Part shown: positions 39,825 through 52,096 of the stretch, piece after piece | Layout: each line of letters starts with the position of its first letter | How positions within the stretch are numbered: position 1 is the stretch's first letter | Assembly: GCA_964347335.1 (NCBI GenBank) | Contig: CAYFYO010000003.1 | Coordinates: forward strand, 6,180-70,179 | Direction of reading: 5' to 3' | Length of the DNA: 64,000 nt | From: an uncultured Thermodesulfobacteriota bacterium | GTDB taxonomy: Bacteria; Desulfobacterota; BSN033; WVXP01 | The notes under the pieces: generated by a model | The model's database searches: none | What the model was told of the DNA's origin: nothing | Seen by the model: only the letters and a program-made list of their open reading frames with translations | Translations under genes and position numbers: made by a program

Positions 39825-42379
39825 TCCGTCTTTTCCGTCTTATCTCGATACGGCATTTCTACCTGGAGAAATGGAAATCCGTTCTCACGATTGTCGGCAT
39901 CGCTTTAGGCGTTGCTGTTTTCATCAGTATTCGAACGTCCATCCATAGTGCCTTAGATGCCTTTCGGAGCACGATCGATCACGTTGCCGGAAGGACCCAT
40001 CTTGAGATCGTTTCCCAGAGGAATGGCTTTGACGAAAATCTCTTTGTTCAGATCAACAGGCTGGAGGGCATTTCTGTCGCAGCCCCAGTGGTCCAATACA
40101 TTGCTCAGTCCGCGCAGCCCATCAATGAACCCCTCCTGATTCTCGGGATCGACATTTTCAGCGATCGGAAGTTTCGGTCCTATCAATTCGAGGAAAAGGG
40201 GGATGTCGATAACATCCTCAAATTCCTCCTTGAGCCCAGCGCCATCGCAATTACAAAAACATTCGCCACCAAATTTCGACTCGCCATAGGTTCTCGACTC
40301 AAACTCCTCATCGGTTCAAAAGAGGTTGCTTTCACCGTGAGAGGAATCATGGACGAAGAGGGCCCAGCCAGAGCCCTCGGAGGAAATTTCGCCATCCTCG
40401 ACATCGCCCATGCTCAAGAGGCCTTTGGCAAGGTAGGTCTTCTCGACCGCATCGATCTGATCCTGGCCCCTGAGATTTCTCCAGATATGGTTCTCCGGAG
40501 CTTGAGAGAGACTCTTCCACCGCAGCTGGTTGTTCGTCGACCCCAGACTCGCAACACTCAGGTCGAAAACATGATTGGAGCATTCAGGCTGAATTTAACG
40601 GCACTCAGTTTCGTCTCCCTCTTTGTCGGAATGTTTCTGATCTGCAATTCCATGTCGATTTCTGTGATTCGGAGGCGGCGGGAGATCGGGATTTTGAGGA
40701 GCCTCGGTGTCTCGGAAAGAACAGTTCTCCTCCTATTCCTGGCGGAGGCCGCCATGCTGGGTTTTCTTGGGGCCCTCTTGGGGATCGGGATAGGCTTAGT
40801 CATGGCCAAGTTCACACTCGCCTCCGTTTCAAGCACGGTCACGGCGCTCTATATTCTCGTGAAGACAGAACATCTCACCATCTCGGCATCTACGCTGATT
40901 CTGGGAACCGTGATTTCCGTATTCGTTTCCGTTGTCTCTGCGGCGGGACCCGCCCGGGAGGCGTCGAGAACCAGGCCAAGGGAGGCTCTGTCTGTCAACC
41001 ATCTTGAGCGGAAGGTGGCATTCCATACGGGAAAGCTCCTCCTTGGAGGGCTTGCGGCCCTCTTTTTGGCGCTCATCTGTGCTCTCCAGAAGCCCTTGCT
41101 GGGCAAGCCTATCTTGGGCTTCGCTGCGGCCTTCTTTATTCTCGTTGGATTCTCCCTCATCACGCCGGCGAGTACTCGCTGGCTAAATGCTCTTTTCGGA
41201 CCTGCCGTGGGAAGGTTTTTCGGTACCGAGGGCAGATTGGCGAGCCACTATCTTCAGGACTCCCTCACCCGGACGGCTATCACCATTGCCGCCTTGATGA
41301 CGGCACTGGCCATGCTGATTAGCATCTCTATCATGATCCTCAGTTTCAGAAAGACGGTGGAAATCTGGGTCGGACAGGCAATCACTGCTGACATCCTTAT
41401 CACCCCGGCCAGCTTTGCTGTCTCTGGTTGGGACGCGCTCCTGCCTCAGGAGGTCATCGACTATTCGAAGAAACACCCAGATGCAAAGGCGACGGACCTC
41501 ATCCGCGTGTCTGAGATGGAATATGAGGGAAGACCCGTCCTCCTCTGGGCAGCACGAACGCCCGTCCTGCTTCGTCAAAATCGTCTCAACTTCGTTCGGG
41601 GAGACCAGACCGAAATCATCGAAAGGGTCACCAAACACGGAGAACTGATCATCTCGGAAACGTTCTCACTGAAGTTTGAGGTCGAGGAAGGGGCGAAACT
41701 CCTTCTCCAGACGCCACGGGGTCCAAAGGCATTCAGAATTGCAGGAACATTCTATGATTACACTACCGAAAACGGAATGATCATCATCGATCTCGACATT
41801 TATCGAGAAATCTGGAACGATTCAAAGATCAATCGAGTGGCCCTCTTTTTGAGAGATTCCTCGCGTCTCGAGGCGTTCAGAGCGGATCTGGCGAACCGTT
41901 TTTCTGGCAAATACGAAATCTTGGCTGTTTCGAACAGAGAATTGAGAGACGAGATCCTCCAGATCTTCGACCAGACCTTTGCAATTGCCCACGCCTTGAA
42001 AGTGATCGCCTTTGTCGTGGCGATTCTCGGAATCGTGAATTCCATGCTGGCTCTGGTCATCGAGCGGGAAAGGGACTTCGGGATTCTGCGAGCGATCGGG
42101 ACCTTCAAAAGACAGATCCAAAAAATGACGCTTCTAGAGGCCCAGCTCATGGGAATTTTCAGTTTTTTCCTCGGTTCGGGAAGTGGCATCCTCCTTTCCA
42201 TGGTTCTGATCTATGTGATCAACCGGCAGTCTTTTGGATGGACCATCCAGTTCTTTCCCGTTCCGTCTGTGTTTATGCAATCCATTGTGCTCGTCGTCAT
42301 TGCAGCTTTTCTTGCCGGCCTCATCCCAGCCCAAATGGCGGCCAAAAAACAGGTGGCCGAAGCGGTGAAAATGGAGTGA
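39821..42379 (+). CDS. FtsX-family ABC permease with two FtsX domains (AttF/G-like, fused)
   Basis: 852 aa, two four-TM FtsX modules each after a large periplasmic loop; start overlaps the ATPase stop. Confidence 0.8.
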   Translation: MIRLFRLISIRHFYLEKWKSVLTIVGIALGVAVFISIRTSIHSALDAFRSTIDHVAGRTHLEIVSQRNGFDENLFVQINRLEGISVAAPVVQYIAQSAQPINEPLLILGIDIFSDRKFRSYQFEEKGDVDNILKFLLEPSAIAITKTFATKFRLAIGSRLKLLIGSKEVAFTVRGIMDEEGPARALGGNFAILDIAHAQEAFGKVGLLDRIDLILAPEISPDMVLRSLRETLPPQLVVRRPQTRNTQVENMIGAFRLNLTALSFVSLFVGMFLICNSMSISVIRRRREIGILRSLGVSERTVLLLFLAEAAMLGFLGALLGIGIGLVMAKFTLASVSSTVTALYILVKTEHLTISASTLILGTVISVFVSVVSAAGPAREASRTRPREALSVNHLERKVAFHTGKLLLGGLAALFLALICALQKPLLGKPILGFAAAFFILVGFSLITPASTRWLNALFGPAVGRFFGTEGRLASHYLQDSLTRTAITIAALMTALAMLISISIMILSFRKTVEIWVGQAITADILITPASFAVSGWDALLPQEVIDYSKKHPDAKATDLIRVSEMEYEGRPVLLWAARTPVLLRQNRLNFVRGDQTEIIERVTKHGELIISETFSLKFEVEEGAKLLLQTPRGPKAFRIAGTFYDYTTENGMIIIDLDIYREIWNDSKINRVALFLRDSSRLEAFRADLANRFSGKYEILAVSNRELRDEILQIFDQTFAIAHALKVIAFVVAILGIVNSMLALVIERERDFGILRAIGTFKRQIQKMTLLEAQLMGIFSFFLGSGSGILLSMVLIYVINRQSFGWTIQFFPVPSVFMQSIVLVVIAAFLAGLIPAQMAAKKQVAEAVKME

Positions 42380-42384
42380 TGGGA

Positions 42385-43482
42385 ATGGAAAGAAAGCGAC
42401 TGTGGTTCCTATCCCTGTGCCTTGCTTATTTGGCCGCCGTACCTGCCACTGCACAGGAATTTCAAAAAGCTCTGCCGGGCAGAACGATGGCTTTTCCCCA
42501 GGACCATTATTCCCATCCTGATTACCAAACCGAGTGGTGGTACTACACGGGCCACGTCAAGTCACGAGATGGAAGATCTTTTGGCTACCAACTCACATTT
42601 TTCAGAACCGCCCTCAGACGACAGGGAACCGAGCAATCGCGGTGGACACTCAATACGGTTTATTTTGCCCATTTTGCCCTAACGGACGAAGACAGAAAGA
42701 CTTTCGTCTATCGAGAGAGAATCAGCCGGGGGGCCCTTGGACAAGCGGGAGCCGCGACAGACCGGTTGCACGTTTGGGTGGAGGACTGGTCTCTCAGAGG
42801 AGAGGGGGAGGACCACCTGCTTAAGGCACGAGATCCCACCATGGCCATTCGGTTTCGATTGTCACCCTCGAAGCCCCCGGTCGTAAACGGCATAGACGGC
42901 GTCAGCCAGAAAGCCGAAGGTGAGGGGTATGCCTCTTACTACTATTCCATTACCCGGATGAAGACCCAGGGTGAAGTGACCGTGAAAGGGAAAACTTTCC
43001 AGGTGGAGGGCCTCAGTTGGATGGACCATGAATTTGGATCAAACCAACTGCGGGATTATCAGGTCGGGTGGGATTGGTTCAGCATTCAGCTGGAAAACGA
43101 CTCGGATTTAATGATCTATGTGATTCGACACAAGGACGGAGAACCTGATCCCCACTCCAGCGGAACCCTGACTTTCCCCGACGGCACATCCCGACACCTT
43201 CGCCTGGAAGATTTCGGCGTCCAGGTTTTGGCGGATTGGCAAAGCAGAAAGACGGGGGCCCGCTACCCTGCCCGATGGAGAATCCGCGTTCCCCACTCAG
43301 GCATCGAACTGACGGTGACTCCGGCCGTTTCCGATCAGGAACTCCTCACCCAAGAGTCTAGCCGAGTCGTCTACTGGGAGGGGAGCGTCAGAGTCCATGG
43401 CATGTACAAAGGAGAGCCTGTTTCCGGAGTCGGGTATGTAGAATTGACTGGGTATGCCGAGCCTTTGAGCAAGGGGATCTAA
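42385..43482 (+). CDS. AttH/CrtC-like (hydroxyneurosporene-synthase-fold) secreted protein
   Basis: Signal peptide; HPDYQTEWWYYTGHV and WMDHEFG motifs typical of AttH/CrtC lipocalin-like proteins; attEFGH-like gene order. Confidence 0.65.
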   Translation: MERKRLWFLSLCLAYLAAVPATAQEFQKALPGRTMAFPQDHYSHPDYQTEWWYYTGHVKSRDGRSFGYQLTFFRTALRRQGTEQSRWTLNTVYFAHFALTDEDRKTFVYRERISRGALGQAGAATDRLHVWVEDWSLRGEGEDHLLKARDPTMAIRFRLSPSKPPVVNGIDGVSQKAEGEGYASYYYSITRMKTQGEVTVKGKTFQVEGLSWMDHEFGSNQLRDYQVGWDWFSIQLENDSDLMIYVIRHKDGEPDPHSSGTLTFPDGTSRHLRLEDFGVQVLADWQSRKTGARYPARWRIRVPHSGIELTVTPAVSDQELLTQESSRVVYWEGSVRVHGMYKGEPVSGVGYVELTGYAEPLSKGI

Positions 43483-43516
43483 GCAGGGCGTTTGCAGAAA
43501 ATACATGCCCCATTTG

Positions 43517-44509
43517 CTATTCCCGGGTCGGAGGAGCATCGTATTCATCCTCAATCTCCCCGACGATCTCCTCTACAATATCCTCAAGCGTCACCAGTCC
43601 GGATACCCGCCGATGCTTGGTGACGACGATGGCCATGTGCTGTCCAACCTGTTTCAGATGAACGAGAAGACCGGAAATGCTCTTGTTCTCTGGAACGAAA
43701 ATCACCGAACGTCTGACTCGGTAGAGGGGCAGACTAGAATCCACGCCGACAACATCCTGAACCGCAACGTATCCAACGATATTGTCAATCCGTCCCTCGT
43801 AAAGGGGAAGCCGAGAGTGACCGCTTTCTCTGATGAGCCTCATCGCATCGGCTACGGTTCCTCGCACGTCCGTAACCACAACCCTCTCGAGGGGGACCAT
43901 GATAGACCTCGCCACGATCTCGCTGAACTTGAACAAGTGCCCAATCATCTCTTGTTCGTGGACATTGAGCTCGCTATGGGCGCCCATGATCAGCAATTTG
44001 AGTTCCTGGCGGGTGACAAAGGGGTTTTTCACTTTGTCACGATCACCGATGATCCGAACAAGCACCTTCGCTGGAAGCGAGCAGATCTGAACAACGGGAT
44101 AGAAAAGAATGGAAAAGACCTGTAACACTGGGGCAATTCTCAGAACGATCCAATTGGCATGCTGGTAGAAGAAAGCCTTGGGGAGGGTTTCTCCAATGAT
44201 GAGCATGATGGGGGTCATGACAATCGTCGCAACCGCCATGCCGAGTTCCTCTTGCTGCCGAACAAGCGAAATCGTAAAGGTCGCTGCGAGGATCGAACCG
44301 AGAACCACAAAGATGTTTGTGCCGACGAGGGTGACCGACAAAATCCACTCCGGCCTGGCCAGAAACTGCTGGACTGTCGCCGCCCTTTTGTTACCCTGTC
44401 CGGCCAGATGACGGATTTTGATCCTGCTGGCTGAGACGATGGCTGTTTCAGCCCCTGAGAAGAAGGCGGAGCCAAGAAGGCAAACCATGATGAAAATCAG
44501 ATAGGTCAT
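43517..44509 (-). CDS. DUF21/CBS-domain (CNNM/TlyC-CorC family) membrane protein
   Basis: N-terminal DUF21 TM domain (FFSGAETA) followed by a CBS pair. Confidence 0.75.
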   Translation of the reverse strand: MTYLIFIMVCLLGSAFFSGAETAIVSASRIKIRHLAGQGNKRAATVQQFLARPEWILSVTLVGTNIFVVLGSILAATFTISLVRQQEELGMAVATIVMTPIMLIIGETLPKAFFYQHANWIVLRIAPVLQVFSILFYPVVQICSLPAKVLVRIIGDRDKVKNPFVTRQELKLLIMGAHSELNVHEQEMIGHLFKFSEIVARSIMVPLERVVVTDVRGTVADAMRLIRESGHSRLPLYEGRIDNIVGYVAVQDVVGVDSSLPLYRVRRSVIFVPENKSISGLLVHLKQVGQHMAIVVTKHRRVSGLVTLEDIVEEIVGEIEDEYDAPPTRE

Positions 44510-45759
44510 TGCCTCACCGAGAACCTTTTTTTCGGAATTCTCTTGGCAAGCATTCTGACGATGCGGTTAGGCTCAGCTTTGACGATCTCGAATTGAAGGT
44601 CTCCGATCCTCAGCCGTTCTTTTGCCTCTGGAATTCTTCCGAGGCGATTGATCACATAGCCTCCGATACTCTGGGCTTCCGGATCGACGAGTTTGGTCCC
44701 CATCTTCCGGTTGAACATCTCAAGCTCCGTAACCCCTTTCACCAAGGCCGCACTCCGGCCAATCCTTCGGAATAGATCCTTCCTTGGGACTGCCGCGAAA
44801 GCCTCCCCGACGACTTCCTCCAGAAGGTCGTCCATCGTGACCACTCCGCAATACACCCCGTACTCATCGATGACGACAGCGAAGTGCTGTCTATTCTTCC
44901 TGAACTCGTGAAAGAGCGTATCAATCCGGCGGGTCTCTGGAACAAACTGGGCTGGGCGGAGAATAGCTCGAAGTGATTCGGCCTCTGGCGTATGAACGAA
45001 ATCCTTGATGTGAAGGATTCCAATGATGTGCTCCTCTTGTCCTTCGTATACAGGGGCTCGGGAGTAACGTCGATTTTTGAGCGTGCTCAGGGCCTCTCCT
45101 GGCAGGGTATCGACTGGAAGACTCAACACCTGGACCCGGGGGGTCATCACCTGCTGGACAGTCTTGTCATGAAAGGAGAAGACCTTGTGAATGATCTCCC
45201 TTTCCAAACGGTTGACCACACCCTCGTCGAAGCCGATGTCGACAAGGGTCCTGAGTTCTTCCTCAGACGGACCCTCACCCCGATCGATTGTCCTCACCCC
45301 GAAAAGGGCCAACAGGATTTCGGTTATCCGCCGTAACAACCGACGGATTGGGCCAATGGCTGATGAGAAGATATCCAACGGCCTTCCAACCCAGAGGGCA
45401 ACATTCTCAGACCTGTGCACGGAGAGCGTCTTTGGAGTGATCTCTCCAAAAACGAGAATCAGAAGGGTCATGGCCAGAGTAGCCAGGACAATGGCCCCTC
45501 TCTCGCTCAGAAAACTCGAAATAATGTTCTGTCCGAGACTCGCGGCGGCGATGTTGACAAAAGTGTTACCGAGGAGGAGGGTGGCCAGCAGGCGAACGGG
45601 ATTCTCCATCATCCTCGCAACGAGCTTCTTTTTCGGTGTCCGACTCTTGGCAAATCCTCGCAGTTTCCCATGGCCCAGGCTGAAAAAAGCAGTCTCAGAA
45701 CCTGAGAAAAAACCGGAAAGAACGAGAAGGACGAAAAGGATGAAAATCTTGAGCATCAA
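44506..45759 (-). CDS. DUF21/CBS/CorC_HlyC-family membrane protein (paralog)
   Basis: FFSGSETAFFSL DUF21 motif, CBS pair, C-terminal CorC_HlyC domain; 4-nt overlap with the downstream paralog. Confidence 0.8.
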   Translation of the reverse strand: MMLKIFILFVLLVLSGFFSGSETAFFSLGHGKLRGFAKSRTPKKKLVARMMENPVRLLATLLLGNTFVNIAAASLGQNIISSFLSERGAIVLATLAMTLLILVFGEITPKTLSVHRSENVALWVGRPLDIFSSAIGPIRRLLRRITEILLALFGVRTIDRGEGPSEEELRTLVDIGFDEGVVNRLEREIIHKVFSFHDKTVQQVMTPRVQVLSLPVDTLPGEALSTLKNRRYSRAPVYEGQEEHIIGILHIKDFVHTPEAESLRAILRPAQFVPETRRIDTLFHEFRKNRQHFAVVIDEYGVYCGVVTMDDLLEEVVGEAFAAVPRKDLFRRIGRSAALVKGVTELEMFNRKMGTKLVDPEAQSIGGYVINRLGRIPEAKERLRIGDLQFEIVKAEPNRIVRMLAKRIPKKRFSVRQ

Positions 45760-46128
45760 TCGCAGATCTCGAGAGTCGAGGAATTGATCTACCTTGCTAT
45801 ATTATATCTTGGCTAGGCCTGTCAAATGCGCTCGAACAGATTTCACAACGAATCGCGTGGGGGGCCCCAATCAATACATGCGAAGCGTGGACGCTTTTGA
45901 TCTGAATCGCCCTCTCAGCGATTCGGGGCGAAACTCAGAGATCTCCGTGTGCTCCGGGAGAGATGGAAACGGGCTTCATGCGCCTGCACGAATTGAGATA
46001 AGTGTAAGAATCTGATTCCAAAAAGTCCGAAAACACCAGACGCTGTCTCCTTGACAAAACCGGGAAGGGTGATTAGTTTTCCGTCCAGCAGGAGATATTG
46101 GACGCTCGGCTCCATTAACGCTCCATTC

Positions 46129-46464
46129 CTCATGCCTATATACGAATACAGGGTTATCAATGGCGAGAGGGGCTGCCGCAGATGCCAGACGGGAGTCGAG
46201 GCAATTCAGCGCATCAATGAGGATCCCCTGAAGAGGTGTCCCCACTGTCACGCCCCGGTGACACGTGTGTTCTCGGTCTCCAGCTTCCGAATGGGAAGCG
46301 AGAAACGCACCCCTGTGGAAAACCAGATTCGAGATTACGAAAAAAAGGGCCTTTACAGCCACGCAGCCGAATTGGCAGACAAAGAGGCGGAGAAAACCAA
46401 GCGGGAAGATTTGAAGACGAGGGCCCTGGATAATTACAAGAAGGCCGGGTACAAGGACTTGTGA
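46129..46464 (+). CDS. FmdB-family zinc-ribbon protein
   Basis: MPIYEYRV...CRRC...CPHC matches the FmdB/TIGR02605 zinc ribbon. Confidence 0.6.
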   Translation, partial: LMPIYEYRVINGERGCRRCQTGVEAIQRINEDPLKRCPHCHAPVTRVFSVSSFRMGSEKRTPVENQIRDYEKKGLYSHAAELADKEAEKTKREDLKTRALDNYKKAGYKDL

Positions 46465-46560
46465 CCAGGACAACTTGACAACTGCCATGGCCATGATTAG
46501 TTTTTGGACGATTCAGCTACCCGAGAAACGACTTGAAATCAAATTATAAGAAAGGAGATC

Positions 46561-46854
46561 ATGATGAAAATCAGGCCTTTGCAAGATCGTGTCATTGTGA
46601 AGAGGGTCGAAGAGGAGGAAAAGACCAAAGGCGGCATCATTATTCCCGATACGGCTAAGGAAAAGCCCATCGAGGGAAAGGTCATCGCCGTGGGCAAGGG
46701 AAAAGTCAGAGAGGACGGTAAGGTGCAGCCCCTCGACGTCAAGAAGGGAGATCGGATTCTCTTTGGAAAGTATGCTGGAACTGACATAAAGATCGAGGGG
46801 GAAGAACACCTTATCATGAGGGAAGACGACATCCTTGGTGTGATTGAGAAGTAA
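46561..46854 (+). CDS. groES: co-chaperonin GroES
   Basis: [35 protein letters not shown]. Confidence 0.95.
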   Translation: MMKIRPLQDRVIVKRVEEEEKTKGGIIIPDTAKEKPIEGKVIAVGKGKVREDGKVQPLDVKKGDRILFGKYAGTDIKIEGEEHLIMREDDILGVIEK

Positions 46855-46872
46855 TGGAAATCTTTGTATTGA

Positions 46873-48513
<1,641 letters not shown>

Positions 48514-48555
48514 TTTCGAGGGTTTTCGCAGGGACTCAAGGTACATTCAAAGGTC

Positions 48556-48593
48556 GGTGGGCCAGATTTCACGCTGGCCCACCTCGTTTATCG
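48556..48593 (+). terminator. rho-independent terminator after groEL
   Basis: 10-bp GC stem GGTGGGCCAG / CTGGCCCACC, loop atttcacg, then TCGTTTATCG. Confidence 0.6.
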
Positions 48594-48629
48594 TAACCTC
48601 GCGCCACACCCTCTCAGAAATACTTGCTC

Positions 48630-49751
48630 ATGGCCAAAAGAGACTATTATGAGGTCCTCGGCGTTTCCCGCAACGCAACAGAGGATGAAATCAAGAAGGC
48701 CTATCGGAAACTGGCCCTCCAGTACCACCCCGACCGGAATCCCGGGGACAGGGAGGCCGAAGAGAGATTCAAAGAGGCCGCTGAATCGTATGAAGTCTTG
48801 CGGGACCCTCAGAAAAAGGAGATCTACGACCTCTATGGTCATGAAGGCCTGAAAGGTACCGGATTTACTGGTTTTCGGGGTTTTGAAGACATTTTCTCGA
48901 CATTCAGTGACATCTTCGAGGATTTCTTCGGATTTGGAACAGGTTCACGCCGAAGAAGGCAGAGCCATGCCCAACCCGGACAAGATCTTCGATACGATCT
49001 AACGATCAGTTTCGAGGAAGCAGCTTTCGGTACCGAAAAAGAAATCGAAGTTCCCAGATCCGAAAACTGCTCGAGTTGTAAAGGCACCGGAGTCGCTCCC
49101 GGAACGTCACGTTCTGAGTGCCCTTACTGCCATGGAACCGGGCAGGTGACGCACTCTCAAGGTTTTCTGACCATCAGCACAACGTGCAGCCACTGCAGAG
49201 GAGAGGGAAGTTTCATCACCCATCCGTGTAAGGAATGCCGAGGTGGAGGGAGGGTCAAGAGAGAGAAAAAGATCCATCTCACTATACCCGGAGGGGTTGA
49301 CACGGCCTCGAGGTTGAGAATTCAAGGTGAGGGTGAACCGGGCTTTCGCGGCGGGCCACCAGGCGACCTTTACGTCATTATCCACACAGAGCCCCATGAG
49401 TTCTTCGAAAGAGAGGGGGATGATATCTATTGCCAGATTCCCATCTCTTTTCCCCAAGCAGCCATTGGAACCCGTTTGGATATTCCAACTCTGGAGGGGA
49501 CAGAGTCCCTTGAGGTCCCACCAGGCACACAGTCTGGGGAAGTATTCCGGTTACGTGGAGGTGGGACCAAACATTTGAGAGGGGGAGGCCGGGGCGACCA
49601 AATTATTCAAGTTATCGTGAAGACGCCGACTCGCCTGGGCAAGCGACAGAAGGAACTTCTTGAGGAATTTGCTAAACTGTCGGGCGAAGAGCCGCCGATC
49701 GAAAAGCCAAAGAAGAAAAAGTGGGGCCTCTTTGCCGAGGGGAAGGAATAA
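48630..49751 (+). CDS. dnaJ: chaperone DnaJ
   Basis: J domain with HPD, G/F region, four CxxCxGxG repeats ([32 protein letters not shown]). Confidence 0.95.
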   Translation: MAKRDYYEVLGVSRNATEDEIKKAYRKLALQYHPDRNPGDREAEERFKEAAESYEVLRDPQKKEIYDLYGHEGLKGTGFTGFRGFEDIFSTFSDIFEDFFGFGTGSRRRRQSHAQPGQDLRYDLTISFEEAAFGTEKEIEVPRSENCSSCKGTGVAPGTSRSECPYCHGTGQVTHSQGFLTISTTCSHCRGEGSFITHPCKECRGGGRVKREKKIHLTIPGGVDTASRLRIQGEGEPGFRGGPPGDLYVIIHTEPHEFFEREGDDIYCQIPISFPQAAIGTRLDIPTLEGTESLEVPPGTQSGEVFRLRGGGTKHLRGGGRGDQIIQVIVKTPTRLGKRQKELLEEFAKLSGEEPPIEKPKKKKWGLFAEGKE

Positions 49752-50065
49752 ACCCCCGGTCCAATCCCTATCCAGAAACTCAAAACGTCCACTCCTTCGC
49801 ATCGGTTTCATGTTTTGCCAGTCCTTTTATCTCCTCCCTTTTCGGCTTTGAAAGATTTCAGGACTCTTTGTTCTCACGGATCCAGTCCCTCATTTGCATT
49901 TCACAAATGAGATCGCATCAGGTGCCAATTGTTGTCCGGTTTGGTAACAATTTTCGTCATTATCCGATGAATATTCTCACAAAAAGTCGAATTCCAAAAT
50001 GGAACTCAATCGAGAATCCCATTAGATTCAAAGACTTAATGGTCAAGTCTTGCTCATGTCCACCG

Positions 50066-50081
50066 TGGTATGAAAATTGCT
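50066..50081 (+). promoter_or_regulatory. candidate sigma-54 (-24/-12) promoter
   Basis: TGGTATG-AAAA-TTGCT fits TGGYAYR-N4-TTGCW with correct GG/GC spacing, 67 bp upstream of the response-regulator ATG. Confidence 0.35.
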
Positions 50082-50147
50082 CAGTAATGCCTGCCATCGC
50101 GCCATTCCATTTGGAGGCGCTTCTTTGCTCTTGGAAGGAGGTGGAGG

Positions 50148-50627
50148 ATGGAACGACTCCAAGGGAGAAAAAAAGCCAAACAAATCTCGGTCGACCAAAT
50201 ACTCGTCAAGGCGGTGAGCAGGCAAAAAATCAGGAAATCAAGAGCCAGGATACTCGTCGTTGACGACGAACCTCGAGTCGCTCAAACCATTCGGGACCTT
50301 CTCATGTTTGCCGGCTTCGAGGTGAAAACGGCCCACAATGGAAAACAGGCTATAGACCTTCTCGAGAGTGTCGATCACTTCGATCTGGTGATCACTGACA
50401 TGAAGATGCCGGAAATGGACGGGATGGAGCTCTTGAAACTGGCCCAGGAGTTCAAAAAGACGCTTCCAGTGGTCGTTTTGACCGGTTGTGGGACAGTCGA
50501 CAACGGGATCCACGCTTTAGAAGCAGGTGCCTACGACTATGTCCTGAAGCCCTTCAATACGCAGAAGCTTCTTCTCGTTGTCTGGCAGGCTTTGAGGAAA
50601 AGTCCTGCAGGGGTTTGGGCCGCCTGA
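50148..50627 (+). CDS. single-domain response regulator (CheY-like receiver)
   Basis: ILVVDDEP, phospho-acceptor D in LVITDMKMP, T in VVVLTG, K in YVLKP. Confidence 0.75.
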   Translation: MERLQGRKKAKQISVDQILVKAVSRQKIRKSRARILVVDDEPRVAQTIRDLLMFAGFEVKTAHNGKQAIDLLESVDHFDLVITDMKMPEMDGMELLKLAQEFKKTLPVVVLTGCGTVDNGIHALEAGAYDYVLKPFNTQKLLLVVWQALRKSPAGVWAA

Positions 50628-50761
50628 GTTTTCTTTCAAAGATCAAAAGAATGCCCTGGACGGGTCCGACAGGGTGACCCCTTGATGAGAGAAGGAGAGG
50701 TCTCCCCTGACCAGCCGGGATGACCATTGCCAGGAGTTTCGGCGAGAGATTGGCTGGGCGC

Positions 50762-52096
50762 TTAGCCTCGTGTCACGAGAGTCTGGAAATCAATAAGCTC
50801 GACAGGACCCACCGTTTCCATCGCTTTCTGGAAGACTTCACCGTTTCCGACAATCACAACCGCGAAGACGTCTGGAAAAATATGACGACGAGCCGCTGAA
50901 CCGATCACCCTCTGTGTGACGCCTAAGATTCTCCGGGGATAATCGGCGAGGCTCTCAAGACCGAGTCCATACAATTCAACTTCAAGAATCTCCCGGGCAA
51001 CCTTGCGAGGCGTTTCAAACCGAAAGGGATAGCTTCCCAAATAGTAATTCTGTGCCTCCTTCAATTCCTTCGACGTTACCCCTCCATGAATGAATGTGCC
51101 GACAACCTCTAGAATTTCGTTGACGACCGCTAAGGTATTATCGTTTGGCGTAAAGGTCGAAATGACAAAAGGTCCGGGATTCCTCCGCCCCGTGAAACGG
51201 CTCGAGATCCCGTATGTATAGCCCATCTGGGAGCGAACTTTTTCCATGAGCCGAGATGAGAATCCCCCTCCGCCGAGGATGTAGTTCGTCACCTGAAAGA
51301 CATCGTGATCTGGACTTTTCCGTTGTATACCTGAATGTCCCATCCGAATCTGACTCTGCGTGAGGTCTGGGCGGTGTATGATTCGAATCTGTCGACTTGT
51401 TCTGCTCGGTATTGGGAATCGTGGGGAATCAGGACCGTCCAAACCCTTTTTCAACGGACCGAGGAACTCTGCCGCCCCCTGAAATGCCGCTTCGAAATCG
51501 ATGTCTCCAACGATCATGAGAACGCACCGATTTGCCGAAAAGTGGCTGTCATGAAAGGATTCAAGATCCTGAAGAGAGAGGGCGTTAACAGAATCGACAG
51601 TTCCTCGCCGGGGGTGACCGTAGGGAGTCCCTCCGAAAACCAACTGCAAAAAATGCTCATCGGCGACGACCTCGGATTCATCTTGATCCTGGATAAGTCT
51701 CGCGATTCGTCGGCCCTTCAGCTGGTCGAATTCACGCTTCGGAAAAGTCGGCCTCAAGACGAGTTCTGAAATCATTTCGAGGAGGGATTGCAGGTCTTCA
51801 GAGAGTCCTGCGATTTCAATGTAACTCGCATCCCAACAGGCATGAAAACTGAGCCTGGCGCCGAGAGAATCGATTTCGAGGGCGATCTGTTCGCCAGAGC
51901 GGGCCTGGGTTCCCAGGGTCAACATCTCACAGGTGAGATCGGCCTGGCCAGCCTTCCCCTCTTCATCGGCTTCAGCACCTCTTTTGAGCATCAATACAAC
52001 AGTCACCAGAGGGAGGCCTGGAGCTTTGGCCGCGAGAACCTTTAGACCGTTGGCAAGAGTTCGACGTTCAATTTCAGGAAGCTTGATGGAAGCCAT
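50762..52096 (-). CDS. M16-family peptidase, non-catalytic-type subunit
   Basis: M16 fold similarity but no HxxEH motif; paired with the upstream M16 gene. Confidence 0.75.
   Translation of the reverse strand: MASIKLPEIERRTLANGLKVLAAKAPGLPLVTVVLMLKRGAEADEEGKAGQADLTCEMLTLGTQARSGEQIALEIDSLGARLSFHACWDASYIEIAGLSEDLQSLLEMISELVLRPTFPKREFDQLKGRRIARLIQDQDESEVVADEHFLQLVFGGTPYGHPRRGTVDSVNALSLQDLESFHDSHFSANRCVLMIVGDIDFEAAFQGAAEFLGPLKKGLDGPDSPRFPIPSRTSRQIRIIHRPDLTQSQIRMGHSGIQRKSPDHDVFQVTNYILGGGGFSSRLMEKVRSQMGYTYGISSRFTGRRNPGPFVISTFTPNDNTLAVVNEILEVVGTFIHGGVTSKELKEAQNYYLGSYPFRFETPRKVAREILEVELYGLGLESLADYPRRILGVTQRVIGSAARRHIFPDVFAVVIVGNGEVFQKAMETVGPVELIDFQTLVTRG

Noticed and set aside
46470-46560. CIRCE/HrcA operator upstream of groES
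   Set aside because: No inverted repeat resembling TTAGCACTC-N9-GAGTGCTAA could be found in the groES upstream region.
50066-50081. Alternative sigma-54-like matches in the 3020-3640 region (TGGATTTTGGTTGCT)
   Set aside because: The GG-to-GC spacing is one nucleotide short of the -24/-12 consensus. Only the 50066 site has correct spacing.
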